NCBI GenBank assembly: GCA_023515725.1
Contig: JALDTO010000192.1
Location: 1-64,000 of the forward strand
From: Amoeboaphelidium protococcarum X5
Taxonomy: Eukaryota > Fungi > Aphelidiomycota
Reading direction: 5' to 3'
DNA: 64,000 bases
A model generated the notes under the pieces. That model was not told the DNA's origin and searched no databases. It was given only the letters and a program-made list of their open reading frames with translations. A program made the position numbers and the translations under genes. The number at the start of each line of letters is the position of its first letter. Within the stretch, counting starts at the first letter, position 1. Shown here piece after piece: positions 39,902 to 53,346 of the stretch.

Positions 39902-42900
39902 TCAATCTATTGGTGACCACTGGTTGTTTTCAGTGTATTCCAAAAATGGCTTCAGACTTTCCCTGAGCTTATAGTACTTTCTCATGGCGCGCTCAACCAA
40001 CTGATCAATGTCTTGCATCCTGTCTTATGACTTATGACCGTCATGTAAGTCTGAATTACTGTCACCCTCAAACGAATCCAACCAATAACGCCAATCTTAT
40101 CCGCCTTTTGATCTCATATTCTTCGACATGCCATTAGTGATAATCTCTTTCATCTGCTGCTCAGAGATAGAACGGATAAACACTCCGGACTTTCCTAGAG
40201 GACAAGGCAGAGTTTTGTTCAATTGGTTGGTAATGAACAGTCCTGATGAATCTTGCACATCAAAATCATCTCCTGTCCACAAGTATTTCCAATTTCCAAT
40301 GGGTAGATAAGGACGGCCGTGTCGAGGCTGTGGCGGCTCTTTAGGAGCAACAATCTGACGACGGCGACCAGCTGAGTGTGGAGCCTTTCTACCAGATGGC
40401 GGCTAAAATTACTTCTACGGAGACATTGAGCGAACAATAGGATCCGGGATAGCAGGATCATCAAGAGCAGGACGTCTGCTAAACTATTGGGGTGCAGACT
40501 TGGACAGAGGCGTATTAACATTAACCGGCTCAGTCATCTGTATGATAGCACTCTGCTCAGCATCTCCATTGATTTAGAAAGCGCGTAGTAAAACTCTTGC
40601 AGTTGAAAGTACACTTTCGGTGGCCCAATATCTCACATTGGAGATTAGTCTTCCTTTAGCAGAGTGCTTTCCATCTCTGTTAGGAATCATTATCCTCTAC
40701 TGAATCAGCGAGTCCTCTTCATCAGAAGATTAATTGTCCAACTCCATTTCATCTTCCTGTAGCAGATTAGGATCATCGTCAGGCTTAGGCTCTGAGATTT
40801 GTTGATTTAGCGATTGAATACCAGGAGACGTGACGGGGACGATGAGCAGCAAAGGGCCATACATGAACTGCAATCTCTCCATTTGCATGGCACCTTTATT
40901 GCTATATGGATAATGTAAGTATAAAGAGCGCAGAATGGGATATCCATGTAGCTGATGCTCAACCTAAAGCAGTTTCCGGTGATCCATCAAACTCGAAAAC
41001 ATGCCAGTGAAATGAGCAAATGCCTTCATATGTGCCTCGTCCGACCACACTTGTATATTCTCTTCAGGGACAGAGCCTTCATGAGTTCTATACATGGTGG
41101 TAGATGTAAACACTGCCGTCTCCATCCAACGGTAGAACAACTCTGAATCCTGACGCGTAAGTCTTAATCTTCTGTCAATTATAGGCAAACGCACAATAGT
41201 AGTTTTATTCGCCACTTTGATTCTAACATTAGGGTCCACATTGATTGTGGTATATCCGCCGATATCGGAATGAACATTAGCAATACCGGACAGTCCAGCA
41301 TTCAGGCTACCGAATATAGTTGATTCCAAACCGTCCAATAGATCCCAAGTGTGAAGCTAATCACCATTCCAGAACGAATTACAATACTTGGCACTATCAG
41401 AGTAAGCGGATCGCATAAAGAACACGACATCATTGCCACATTCGTTCATCTCCTTAACAGCCTCGGCATTCAGGCGCGCCCACTCTCGAGGATAGACATT
41501 GTGGAAGGCTTGCGGATTATGCTTCTCAATCTTTCCATCTACTTGATTTAATTGCGACCATATCACACCATCAAGAGGCATGTACTCTGCAAAGTCAGCC
41601 ATCCAACCTTTAACACCATTTTCCAACATGTTCTTCTTTATAATGTTCTTGAACCATTCAAAAGCTTACGGGTTAGACAAATCCACCATGCCTGCTACAA
41701 CTCCCGGTCCACTGGTGACTAAGTAATCAACCAACTTCCAATCTTCGCCGTCAAGACTATGATCAATATTAAAGACGTGCTACCCAGAAGCCTATTATTT
41801 GTGGTGCTCGTCAAATACCGATTTCTTGACCCATTTCTATACCAAATATCCTTTTTCGCTAGCCTCTTTGAAGTAATTATGTTTAAAAGAATCAGGATCC
41901 TTTCCACCACGCTCCACATTGGTCAGAAATGGATTAATGTAAGCCATGACTCTCACGCCATGCTCATTGTACAATTTTGAGATAAACTGCTTCCAATTCG
42001 GATAGAGTTTCCTATCGTTCTCCCAGTTCCACCATAAACGCTTTTAAGTATTTGTGCCTTGAATATTAATCGTGGCAGTCCTTCGATCAGGGAAGCCCGG
42101 CACCAGAAAAGGTACTGGAATGGTCAGATTAATAGGTTACTCTCTAGTACCGACCCAATCTTAGAGCCAGACGGCGGCAACTTTAACATTATGCCTCTAC
42201 AGCTTATTGACAACGTCAAACACCTTGCCTTCTCCGCCTTGAATTCCAACAACAGCTCCATCCTTACCATTTATCCAGTCTGGGAGCATACTCTATCTGC
42301 CGGAAATTCTCTGAGTATAAATGTCAATCAACTCCAACGGCCTCTTCGCATAGAACAGGCTCAATTTACACTGCAGACTCACAACCTCAATTTGACATCT
42401 ATTCTTGACGGTGAAATCAAAGATGGACAATTCAGAATTATGCAAGTACACAGATCTAGATTAAGATGTTATATAGTGAGCAATAGCAGTATAAGTAGAT
42501 AAGGCATCAGCTCCTGCATATGATGGCTCCTTAGGAGGAACATGATTCAAAATATATGTAAGAGGCTATCTTCCTCTGCCAATGCCCTGCTCTCGACTTA
42601 TAATAGGAACTCTTTAACCTTTCAGTGACCAATAGCTAAACTACTCACCCAGGCCGAAAACTTCCTCCTCTTCTCCCATGGAATAAGTCAATATGATTCT
42701 ATCATAATTGCCAAGGCCATTCTAGTTGACATCGTGGACATTGACACTGAACTACAGCTCATTAGAATGACTTTCAGTAAAGTACACGGTATACTTGGCG
42801 ATGAAGGCACTAGATTCATCAGCATTATTAGATGCAGTCGAAGATCTTTGATTACGGCGAGGCTGTCTCTGAGATTGATCATCCGCTTTACTGTACGACA

Positions 42901-43423
42901 GTTATCCAGAGATGACTATGCGATCAATATCAGATGCTGAGCCATAATGCTACTTCCCAGCAGGAACGATACTAATATAATCAATCGTCTAATGAGTGGT
43001 GATGAACTGCGTATTCTGCATGATTCGATACTCACCGTTCCCGGGGCCAACTTTGTCATCACCAACGGCTATCTATATGAACGGTACACCAGCATTAGTC
43101 ATGGACCATACAGGACGTGCTCTAGCGACATCAGATTTGTGAAATATCTTCAGAAAGAACAGAATAGGTGAGTCCTTTGACACAGTAGGCCTCAGCGATA
43201 GTTTGCGAGATATCTTGGCCAGTGGATGTGACTCGGTAGATCCATCAAGGGATATTACAAAATTCTCCGTACTCAACTAAGAGTCCATTACACCTCCAAC
43301 TGACATCCCCACTGTCATTTACTAATCGCCCATAGAAATCATGATGATGATGAGAATTAGTAAGGAGGAGATTGTAAAAGCATTCCAAAATTCCTAACAA
43401 AATCTATATCCAGGCAACAGCAT
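39902..43423 (-). CDS. GH31 glycosidase, sulfoquinovosidase (YihQ-like), with N-terminal signal/anchor, about 1173 aa
   Basis: FGLGEQFS, EQGIGRG, VGIQGG, WLQDW, KRLWWNW, GWMADFAEY (nucleophile), FWNGDQ (acid/base), HSDIGGYTT, YRTHEG; TGA 39902-39904. Confidence 0.88.
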
Positions 43424-44423
43424 AATTGTTTGACACCAAACTATAAACTTTGATCCCCCAATAAAATACGCAGTATACGTAGATCAATCTGCTAAAAAGA
43501 CTTTACTATAGAGATCAAAGCTAATAAAAAAGGGTCAAGCCGGATGATAAATTAACCCACGCTACAACACAATTCAAGCAATGATGATATGAACGTGGGA
43601 ACGGGCAAGCGAGAAAAACTTCGGGCGGATCGGCCCCTAAATCTTTTTCGGTCGTTTCTGAATTGAACTGGTTTGGGCCGCCCTTATGAATTCTGGGCGG
43701 CGTTAACTATCTTATCCATGTTTCGCGCTAGAGTTATATCAATGTTACCTTTCTAGAGAAGACATTATTACTCTGCTTCTAATAACAATTTAACAGATAT
43801 TCAGAATAGTGAAGCAGATGCATATCAAATCAATAAGACGATTACTAGTGATATCAAGTTCAGCTTTATAGAATTTGAGACGCTTAGAATATCAAAGTAT
43901 ACCAGACACCACACAGGCTTTCAAAGCAGCAATATTGTCAAATTTTTAACATTTTAAATCAACCAAGAAGCGCACGACTTACGCAAAAAACCGTCGACCA
44001 CTGAGGTTATCACATCACCCTAAGTAGTGGGTAAACGGGAAGGCAGGCCTGGCATATTTTCTTTTGCTTTGAATGAATATAAGTAAATGGATTTAACCAA
44101 CGCTGTATAAACGGAGGTTGATTACGCGTGCTCTTACTGCAATATTAATGTGAAACGAGGGATGATTCACCAAGCGCGTTAAACATCGCCTAAAACGCGC
44201 AAACAGTCCATTTCAGGCTACGATTGGTTGATGGAAGGGACGCCGCCTGTGCAATATGATCAGGGGTGACACATCCTTTCTTTCACATTTTCATCTCTTG
44301 TAATTTAGCTAGCTCTTCACCTCCTGTATTGGATTGTCTTCTCAGACATTACACTCACACGCACTTTCATATCTTAGGATCTTCTAGTTGAAAGTAATTA
44401 GAATTATTAGCACCTGATTAGAC

Positions 44424-45563
44424 ATGGTTCACATTGATTTACCAGTGATTGACAGGAATGTGGCGTTTGCTGGATTACACAAGGCTGTTGATCATCCTTT
44501 GGGAGCGGATATGAATTTTATTCAAGACGGGATCATGGTATTTCTTCTAGTTGCCCTTATAGCTTGTACGCATTCTTTTCTGCATCGGTATATATTTCAA
44601 CCTCTGTCTCTGGTTATAGTGCGCCGACCTGATGGTTAGCGTATACAATCTCCACCTCCCAGTCCTAAGCTTGGATAGCCGCGATAAAATTTATTGCAAT
44701 AATATTCTACAAATTTGTGGAAGTGCACCACGTCCCTATACAAACTGGTGTCTTACTCTGTTCTGTTCTGTCTTGGATTGTACGCATTGATTGGCGATAA
44801 CTAGATGTTTGTAGGAGCTGACGGACACTGGCTGAGTGATGGATGGTTGCTCAGAGGGTAGTAATTCTCTTTCGATCAGTGGCCTTATATGAGGATAAGA
44901 TATGAAGCTCCAGGTAATCATGGCTATGATTACGCGCTATCTAGACTGTCTGAGTGTTTAAATCTGGATTTTTTGACTTATACCTTAAATCTGATATCTC
45001 AGTCAATTAGGACCACTCTGTCATCGTCACCAATCTTGTTCCACTACCAGTATGCGCTGGCGTACTATATTTACAGCACAATTTTGGTAGTGTTCAACTT
45101 GGAAGGACCTAAATAGAAGGACAAGCTGCAGATGATTGTTCATCACCTGGTCACTATCGCTTTAATTGTCACCTCTTGGTATTTGAAGTAATTTAGGATT
45201 GGATGTATAATTTTGGTGCTTCACGATATTTCTGATCCCATAATGGAGCTGGCCAAGTTGAGTATGTACGCACAGAAGTAGAATTACGCGAATGGATTCT
45301 TTGCCACATTCGCCGCTGTATTTCTGGTATCGCGCTGTGTCGTATTTCCTCTGACTGTTCTCCAGCCTTGCGTCCGTTACCTAGTTAGCACTTATGGATA
45401 TACGAAAGCTATGACCCTAATGCCTCAATTTCCCGTCTTTCTGGTGCTGTTATCGATTTTGTAGATTTTGCACGTTTATTGGGGATCTCTGATTGTGAAG
45501 ATGATCTACGATGCTCTAACAAAAGGCAATGTCGGCGAGGATATTAGAGACGAAGATGAGTGA
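44424..45563 (+). CDS. Ceramide synthase (Lag1/Lac1, TLC domain), about 379 aa
   Basis: Lag1 motif KDKLQMIVHHLVT...IGCIILVLHDISD; LQILHVYW; DIRDEDE tail; TGA 45561-45563. Confidence 0.9.
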
Positions 45564-45763
45564 AAGTTGTTACGTGTAATTTCTTCTTTACTATTATTGA
45601 TTATTTACTGTTTTTATGCTGTTTCTCCATTTTGAGTGTTCTTGGCTGTAGTATTCATAGTCAAGCTTACTGATGAGATTCCTTCATTATAAGAAATCCG
45701 ATTCGTTTCAGCTTTCTTCTTCCTTTGTTTTAGCTTCATTTTTTCCAGTAAAGAACACATAGG

Positions 45764-48492
45764 ATGAATATTGTTGATAAGTCTGTTGGATAGTATGTAA
45801 GTATTCTATCATATTTTTTACTGAATTAATTTACTAAGAACTGCCTGTAGCAATTAGGTGATTGTATCGGAAAGGGTGCCTTTGGAGCAGTGTATAGAGG
45901 CCTAAACAAGGAGACTGGTGAAGTTGTGGCTATAAAGCAGGTGAAGCTTGCAGATATTCCCAAGAGTGAAGTTGCTTCTATTATGGTAATTTGTTCTGGG
46001 TAAATTATATCTAGATGTTAAGCAATTATAAAAATTATATGTAGCTTGAAATTGATCTATTAAAAAAGTTGAATCATTAAAACATTGTCAAGTACTCTGG
46101 GTTCATAAAGACTAAAGACTTTCTGTATATAGTTTTGGAGTTTTGTGAGAATGGTTCTTTGTAGACTACATTGAAAAAATTTGGATAAATTAGTGAGGGC
46201 CTAGTGGCTGTGTATGTCTATCAAGTGTTGGAAGGTTTGATTTATCTTCACGAGGAAGGTGTGGTTCATCGAGACATTAAAGCTGCAAATATTCTTTCCA
46301 CTAAGGAGGGCCACGTTAAACTGGGTGATTTTGGTGTGGCGACAAAGTTGAATGAGCCGTAAGGTGAATCCATGGTAGTCGGAAGTCCATATTGGCTTGC
46401 ACCAGAAGTTATTGAGATGTAATAGCCCGGGACTGCCAGTGATATCTGGTCCGTTGGGTGTACTGTGATTGAACTGTTGACTGGTGAACCTCCATACTTT
46501 TAATGTTCCCCTATGGCTGCCCTATTCAAGATTGTACAAGATGATCATCCGCCTATTCCGGAAGTTGCGTCCAGTGTGGCTTCAGATTTCCTCATGTCTT
46601 GCTTCCAGCGAGATCCTAACTTGCGTATTAGTGCAAAGAAATTGATTAAACACTAATGGCTCAGTGCTGTAAGAAGTAAAATGTCCGCGCAGTCTCCTGC
46701 ACCATAGAAGGCGCCTGCAGATGATAATGCAGTGAAACGTGTGAAATCCAAGCCAGATATCAATAATAAGAACTTGAACACCATGATTGACGATGATTTT
46801 GATACATTTAATATTGATTTGGAGAGTCGTTTGCGTAATAAAATGGATATGCAGGATGCCGATTTTGATGAAGACGAGGAGGATCCATTTGATTTGATAG
46901 AGGGAGAAGTGTAGATGGAGCGTGATGGCAAAGCTAAATTAGCAGCTGAAGTGGCTGATATTGTATCTAATAAGCTGAAGGCCGATGACGCAAAACTGGT
47001 TGACTATCTGTCTCGCCTGCTTTCCCTATTGACTGATCTGAATTTGCAAAGTGATGTGGTATAAAATCATGGTCTATTGCCCCTGCTGCAGCTCTTAGAT
47101 TGCAATCTGTCACTTACTGCCAAGGGTTTCTTGTTAAAAGTTCTAATCAACTTGGGTCAGAGTAAAGAGACGCTAGAGAGTATGTGTTTCCTCGGTGCTG
47201 TTAATAAGATTATTGCATTGCTAAAAGCTGGCTAGGATTTAACTTTGCGACTTCAAGCTGCTGAGTTTACTCAATTGTGTCTCCAAAGCTCAGAGAATAC
47301 TGTGCGCTGTTTTGTCTCTTGTGATGGTCTCAGTACATTGGTTTAGCTTTTGAATGAATCTTATAACAGCCAGCGTAAGAATCTTGTGTTCACAGCTATT
47401 GAGGGGCTCAATGTTATTCTGCATTAGTCTAATAATTATCCTAAAAATGAATTTTGCATGATGTTATCCAAATATGATGCCGTGTTTGTCTTGTTTGAAG
47501 TGTTGAAAGATCTGATTTATGACGATCTATCCGAGACAGAAGGATATATTATCAAGCTGATTGAAGTGATATCTGTCTTCACTCGTTCCAATCTCAAGGT
47601 GAAGGAAGCAATGTCTACCAAGCGGACTATTAAATCTTTTATCGATGTCTATCCTAAGCTTGCTGCCAGACATTAACTGGAATTGCTAAAAGGCATAAAG
47701 AATATCTCAGTTGTATAGTCTGCACTGGATGCTCTGTAGATTCTCAACGGCGGTCTAATGATTGTGAACATGTTATCCCGACATGAGGGGAAATACTTGA
47801 AGGAGATTAGAAATCAGGCTCTGTTCATAGTGTTCAACTTTTGTAGGGTGAACAAAACAAGATTGGAGATTGCTGCCAAGGCTGGTATGATATAGCACCT
47901 ACTGAGGATTGTGCAAACTAATAGTCCTCTCAAGCAGTTTGCGCTCCCAATGCTATGCGATTTGAGTCATGGATCTAAAATATGTCGAGAGTTGATGTGG
48001 ATGCATGATGTGCTATCGTTCTATCTGTAACTTTTGAAGGATGCCCAGAATCCTTACTGGTAGACGTAGGCATTGGATTCTATTGTGGCATGGATGGCGG
48101 AGGAGAGTGATCAAGTGGAGAAGGCTTTGCTTAATGGCAAAAATCTGGACGTTCTGATTCAGGGATTTGTGGAATGTAAAAGTTCCAACATGGTCAATCT
48201 TATTGGTCCGTACCAAAAGTTGCTTAGTAGCTCTCATAGTCTTCCCTCACAGATTTCCAAAGCTCCGTTCATGTAGAAGCTTGTGGATTCATTGTCTCTG
48301 AAGCAGGTTTCCGTCCAGCTGCCGTTGCTCAAGATGCTCATGTCCATTTTGAAAGCCTCCAATCGCCCAGCTCTGATGATGATGACGTACGATGTGGAAG
48401 GAGCTTTAAGCAATCTGGTGCAAGTACAGTCTCCAATCCTGGTGAAGGAGATCACAGCCAAGATTCTGGAGTTTGTAAAGTCCAGCAAATGA
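45764..48492 (+). CDS. Cdc15/Cdc7(SIN)/SepH-like kinase with C-terminal ARM-like region, about 871 aa; introns 45797-45850 and 45986-46044
   Basis: [67 protein letters not shown]; TGA 48490-48492. Confidence 0.9.
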
Positions 48493-48638
48493 TGATAACG
48501 ATTCCACTGATGTTTATAGCAACAGTCCGTATTTATGATGAGATAGCTTGCCCGATATCAAATTTAACTTTAACCGGCTAATAAGGCAATACACATAAAC
48601 GTAAACAGTAAAGTACACAATCAAATTATTATCAAAGA

Positions 48639-49165
48639 TCACTTGTGTTAATCTGCTGGATCTTCTCCCTCAGCCAAAGTATCTTGTTGAGTAATGACTC
48701 TCAGCGCAGACTTGCGAGAGCTCTCCTACAACTCTCCGGCAATCAACAATTCATCCAATATATAGTACGCCTACATAATATCTCAATTAGTTAAACATTT
48801 AAATCTTAAACAACTCATATTTAATGACATCTTACCTTGTTAAAGTTGAAGATTAAATCAAGTTCGCAAACATTGCCAAAGTATCTATCCAGCACTTCAA
48901 CAAAACGATGTATAATCTCCAACACTAAAAGCTCATTAGAATCATTACTGACACCAGCCACAAAGTACAGCGACGCATATCTGCGATACAGCACTTTGTG
49001 ATCTTTATACTCAAGCACATTACACATCTTACTGCGTCTTGCCAGCACGGCAGTGGACACTTCCTTCACAATCCTAGCCTTTTCCTTATTGGGCAGTACA
49101 GCGAACCATTTAGTCAACCTAATTTTGCCTTATCTAGACACCAAGAGCATATACTGAATATTCAT
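48639..49165 (-). CDS. APS1: AP-1 adaptor complex sigma subunit, 153 aa; intron 48771-48835
   Basis: LVSRQGKIRLTKWF, YRRYASLYF, LDRYFGNVCELDLIFNF, AYYILDELLIAGELQE; TGA 48639-48641. Confidence 0.9.
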
Positions 49166-49671
49166 ACTTAATCGAAGCGTAGTTTATCAATTTTATTCAA
49201 ATGATTGGTTTACGTTATAGGAATAAAACTTTGATAGAACGAACAAAAGAACGACAATGAATTTGATGATCATTTAGCGAACACTTAGCCGAGTCATATC
49301 ATGAACCAAAAAAGCAATTCTGTTTATACATTAGGCAACAAAGTTGTGTACAAAATCTTACAGGTGTTTCTACGGATATAGCTAGATGATCGATTGATGC
49401 ATCAGTATTTGAGCGCACTCGACCGAAGCTTTATGCACCTAGTGCACATGCACAACTGCGAATGAATCAGACGAGTTTCAACGCTACGATCAAAAGAACT
49501 GTTTCGTTTCAGCTCCAACTCCACAAAAGATTGTGCTTCTTCTCTCTTCCTTTGTAATAATCATCGCAATTATTTGACTATCTTGTACCGTGCTCATTTG
49601 AATAGTGTACTGATTATATTAACATTTTTAGTTTTGATTTATCTAAGAAGGGACTCTAATCGTAAGTAAGT

Positions 49672-52600
49672 ATGAACAAATTTACGCGTAGATGGAGAGC
49701 AATGTGGTCTGCTCTGTCCATCATTGTTGCCTACATAGTTGCTGATAATAGAAGAAACTAAAAGTCATTCACTATTGGATGTAGTACTGTTCTTGTAGTG
49801 GTACTCTTCTTGACGTAAGATTTTAAAATTGTGTCCATTTAATGACAGCACAATATTATTCTCAATTTTTGTGTAGAATCATCTAGAATATACTTAATCA
49901 GTCCAACATCATATTCCTGAGACTGGCTGAGGAATAGGTTGGTTCGTTTGATTTTGCCGTCACTGCTGACAATGCCATCCCGAATACTGAAAACTTCCTA
50001 GTTAATTATACTGACCTTTCACTGAAGACATAAGGCTTGAGCATCATTAGTGGTATAAGTCCGCGATGGATATTGAGAGCTAATGTCACTTCCAATAATG
50101 GTGAATCTTAATCGGAAGGGGATGTAGCTACCTAGGCAGGCACCGGAGCGTCTACAATAGTTCTAGTTGCGAATACAACTCTGGAAAAATAGATTGGTCT
50201 CTCTACTCTGTGGCCACACCGTAAACTTGGCTTTGGTGAGTGTCACGTTAGTTCTTCACTGCTGAGAGCTCTTGGCGTTCGTCCTAGTCAAGGCGAATAG
50301 TTGAGTCTGAGCATTGGACTGCAAAGTCTTGCCAATGGTCAAGGTATTGGTGGCATCCAGTCTCCCATATCTCAGCCGCCCTCTCCTGCTTCTTCAGCTG
50401 TACCTTAGTCTGATGCACCTTCTCCGCCGCCTGCAGTGGATCCTAGTAATGATTAAACTGTACCTAATGGAAATTAGACAACAACATCTGATCCTTCATC
50501 GACTGATAGTCCCATAGGTTCTGGTAATATTCCTCCCGTTATTGAGATTCCATAGTCATCCGTACCTCCTGCTCTGTAATAGGAGCTAGTGAACAACTAT
50601 AATGCCACTGTCATAAATGGTACTTTGTACCTGAACACCACAACCTTAATTGATAGATTGCAGAGATTTAACTAGTTTAATGTTAATTTTGAGTGCTCAG
50701 TGATTGATGCCATTGATAGTCCGTCGGGGGTATATCCGTAATCCTTAGGTAATGTGGTATATATCGAATAAGATTTTGCACAGCAGATTATAGATGATTA
50801 TCTCAATTCTATTGCGAGCCAGTTGTTGTAATTGAGAAATCCTCTGATTCCGACTCCCCAGATATAGATACCATCTAGCATTGATATTGAGTATTATGCG
50901 ATGCTTGCCGCTATTGTTCTCAAAGATAGGGGAGTCCTTTACATGCAAGATGAAGATGGTAGATCTGCTTCCATAATGGCTGCATCTAATGCTATAATGA
51001 GTACTGTTGGTATGGATTACCCGATTCAGCTTACAGATGTCCTTAATCAAGCTTTATCCATATCACAGTTTATACAAATCTTCCTGAGTGAAGTATTTTT
51101 CACCATCGTGGTTGTACTGATCGTGTTGGCGTTTATTCTGATCACCTCACTGATGACTTCTGACGCTGAAGAGAAGACTTTTGAGTATGGTATGTTGCGT
51201 ATGTTGGGACTTCACTCTAGTAGTCTCATTGTCTTGCTCATCTTCCAGTCTCTGTTATTCAGTATTCCTGCAGTTGTATTTGGGCTTCTGCTCTGCTACA
51301 TGTTCTACATTCCCATTGCTTACTATCTGTCTCTTTCTGTCGGTGTTTTCATCAATCTAAACTTTGCTCCATCTGCTATAGCACTTGGTCTAGTTTGTGG
51401 TCTCCTGCTTCCTATTATTGGAGCTGTTGTGCCTATCAGAAGATCATTGAGCCAGACTGTTCGTAATGCACTTGACATGTATCATAACTCTGCACAAGAT
51501 TCTACTTTGAATATTAAGCGACTGGAGGAGATTGGATTGAGTCTCAATCAGACTGCTATTGCTATATTTCTTGTTGTAGCTGGCTTTATCGTGTATTATT
51601 TGATTCCTTTGTCTTTTATCTTTGGAGATTTAAGCATGTTTTTTCGGATTATGACGGTCATCTTGCTTGGAATGGTGTTTGGTCTCACTATAGTATGTCA
51701 GGCTGTGGAGAAATATCTATCTGTGTTCTTGGTCCGCGTGATGACCTTTATCGCTTTAGACTCTTCACTCACTGAAGTTATCATTAAGAATATGAATGCG
51801 CATGCACCTAGAAATCGAAAGACTGCTGTGATGTTCACCTTGTGTATTGGCTACATAATATTTGCGTCGACCATGTTTACTCTGTAGATAAGTTCTTTAA
51901 ATCAGAGTGTAGAGTGGTTCCTGGGTGCTGATGTTGTTATTAGTGGACCGTCATATCAGTTGCCATTACCTGAGATTAAATTGAGACAGGCGTTGACTTA
52001 GTTACTGCCTAATTCATCTGCTCCAAATTACGCAGATAGAATTGTTGATGGCTTCACCTTTGTCACGTATCCGATTAATCAGGCGCCCAGTGTGACCGGA
52101 ACTAGTTTTCATCGGCTGGCGTATGTCAGTGCTGCCACTTCACAAGTTTATGGTGTAGACGAAAATTTCCTTGATGTTGCTCTCAGAGAGTATGCTGTCC
52201 CGTCGTAGGTGAATTATGCAGATTACTAGTTCACTTATGTTAACGGATAGCCAGATGTTGTTCGTGCCCTGTTCTCTAACGTATCTTAATTTGCGCTTTA
52301 GAAAGCGCCCGCGGATGTAGGATCAAATGTACAGCAAGATAATTTTGGTTATTATTAGAATACATCCCAGGCATATCAAGATGTAATTCCAGTATTGATT
52401 TCGGAAAGTGTCAGGGATAAGGCGACAGTCAATGCGTAAAGTAGATTGATTCTGAATATCCTCTTTACTGCAGTGTATCCGAATCAGAGAAGTTACTTGG
52501 CGATGCCCGTAGCTATGCTCTAGAAAATGCCATATTTCTCATAGATAAATCGACTAATAACCTCGTAGACCCCGGTCTTAGTTTCAATGAATCATTATGC

Positions 52601-53270
52601 CCAGTTTATTGAAGATGTGAAAAAAGTCGTGGATTCTTAAGCTGACGGTTCTGGTTCTGGCGGTGATAACAGTTAACGTACATTTTCATAAAGTATCAAT
52701 GTGAGTGACGTGGTTAAAGGTACATGTCTAGTGAAAATGATTGGAAATGCCACCGATTTGTAAGTTTAGGCGTTCGTCAATCAAATGAACAGTTTGCTTG
52801 CAAATGACAAGTTTAGTGTACAGAATTTGAGAAGTTAGAAGGCTGCCAATGAAAGTGCAACGTCTTTGATCAATGTCCTGTTCGTGTTTGTGGCTTTAAT
52901 CGGTGTTCTGTTAAGCTTTTTTGTGTTACTGCTGTCGTTCACTGCTAATGTTCGGGAAAACTCGTGGTAGCTCGGAGTATTACGAGCAATCGGTCTAACA
53001 AGCAATACAGTGATCAAGATCTTTATATACGAAGCCGTGGCAATAGTACTCTCCTGTGCCATATTGGGCCTGATTTTAGGTCTCCTAACTGCATCTACTC
53101 TGACGCTGCAATCTAATCTATTTAGCGAGCTGCCGTTTAAACTGATATTCCCCACGTTGCTGTTCTTTGTAGTGTTGTTGATGTCTATCGGTCTTGCAAT
53201 TTTTGGCAGTTACATACCGATCAATAGTTTTAACAAGAAGCCTATAGCTGTTGCTTTAAAAGGATTATGA
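49672..53270 (+). CDS. FtsX/MacB-like ABC permease with two FtsX domains, about 1178 aa; intron 49815-49876
   Basis: EEKTFEYGMLRMLG and ENSWQLGVLRAIG loops, each followed by TM bundles; large extracytoplasmic loops; TGA 53268-53270. Confidence 0.8.
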
Positions 53271-53346
53271 AAATTTCTATCTGTATGTTTATCAAAATGG
53301 TATTGAATGAGGCAAATTACAATTCTATTCTTACTTGATAATATTT

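Noticed and set aside
43677-43701. GC hairpin gccgccc-N11-gggcggc in the GH31/LAG1 intergenic region
   Set aside because: A single 7-bp stem is within chance expectation and has no supporting context.
44913-45010. Intron in the ceramide synthase gene (GTAATC...ATTAG)
   Set aside because: Removing 98 nt would break the frame, the unspliced frame is open, and the end is not TGTAG.
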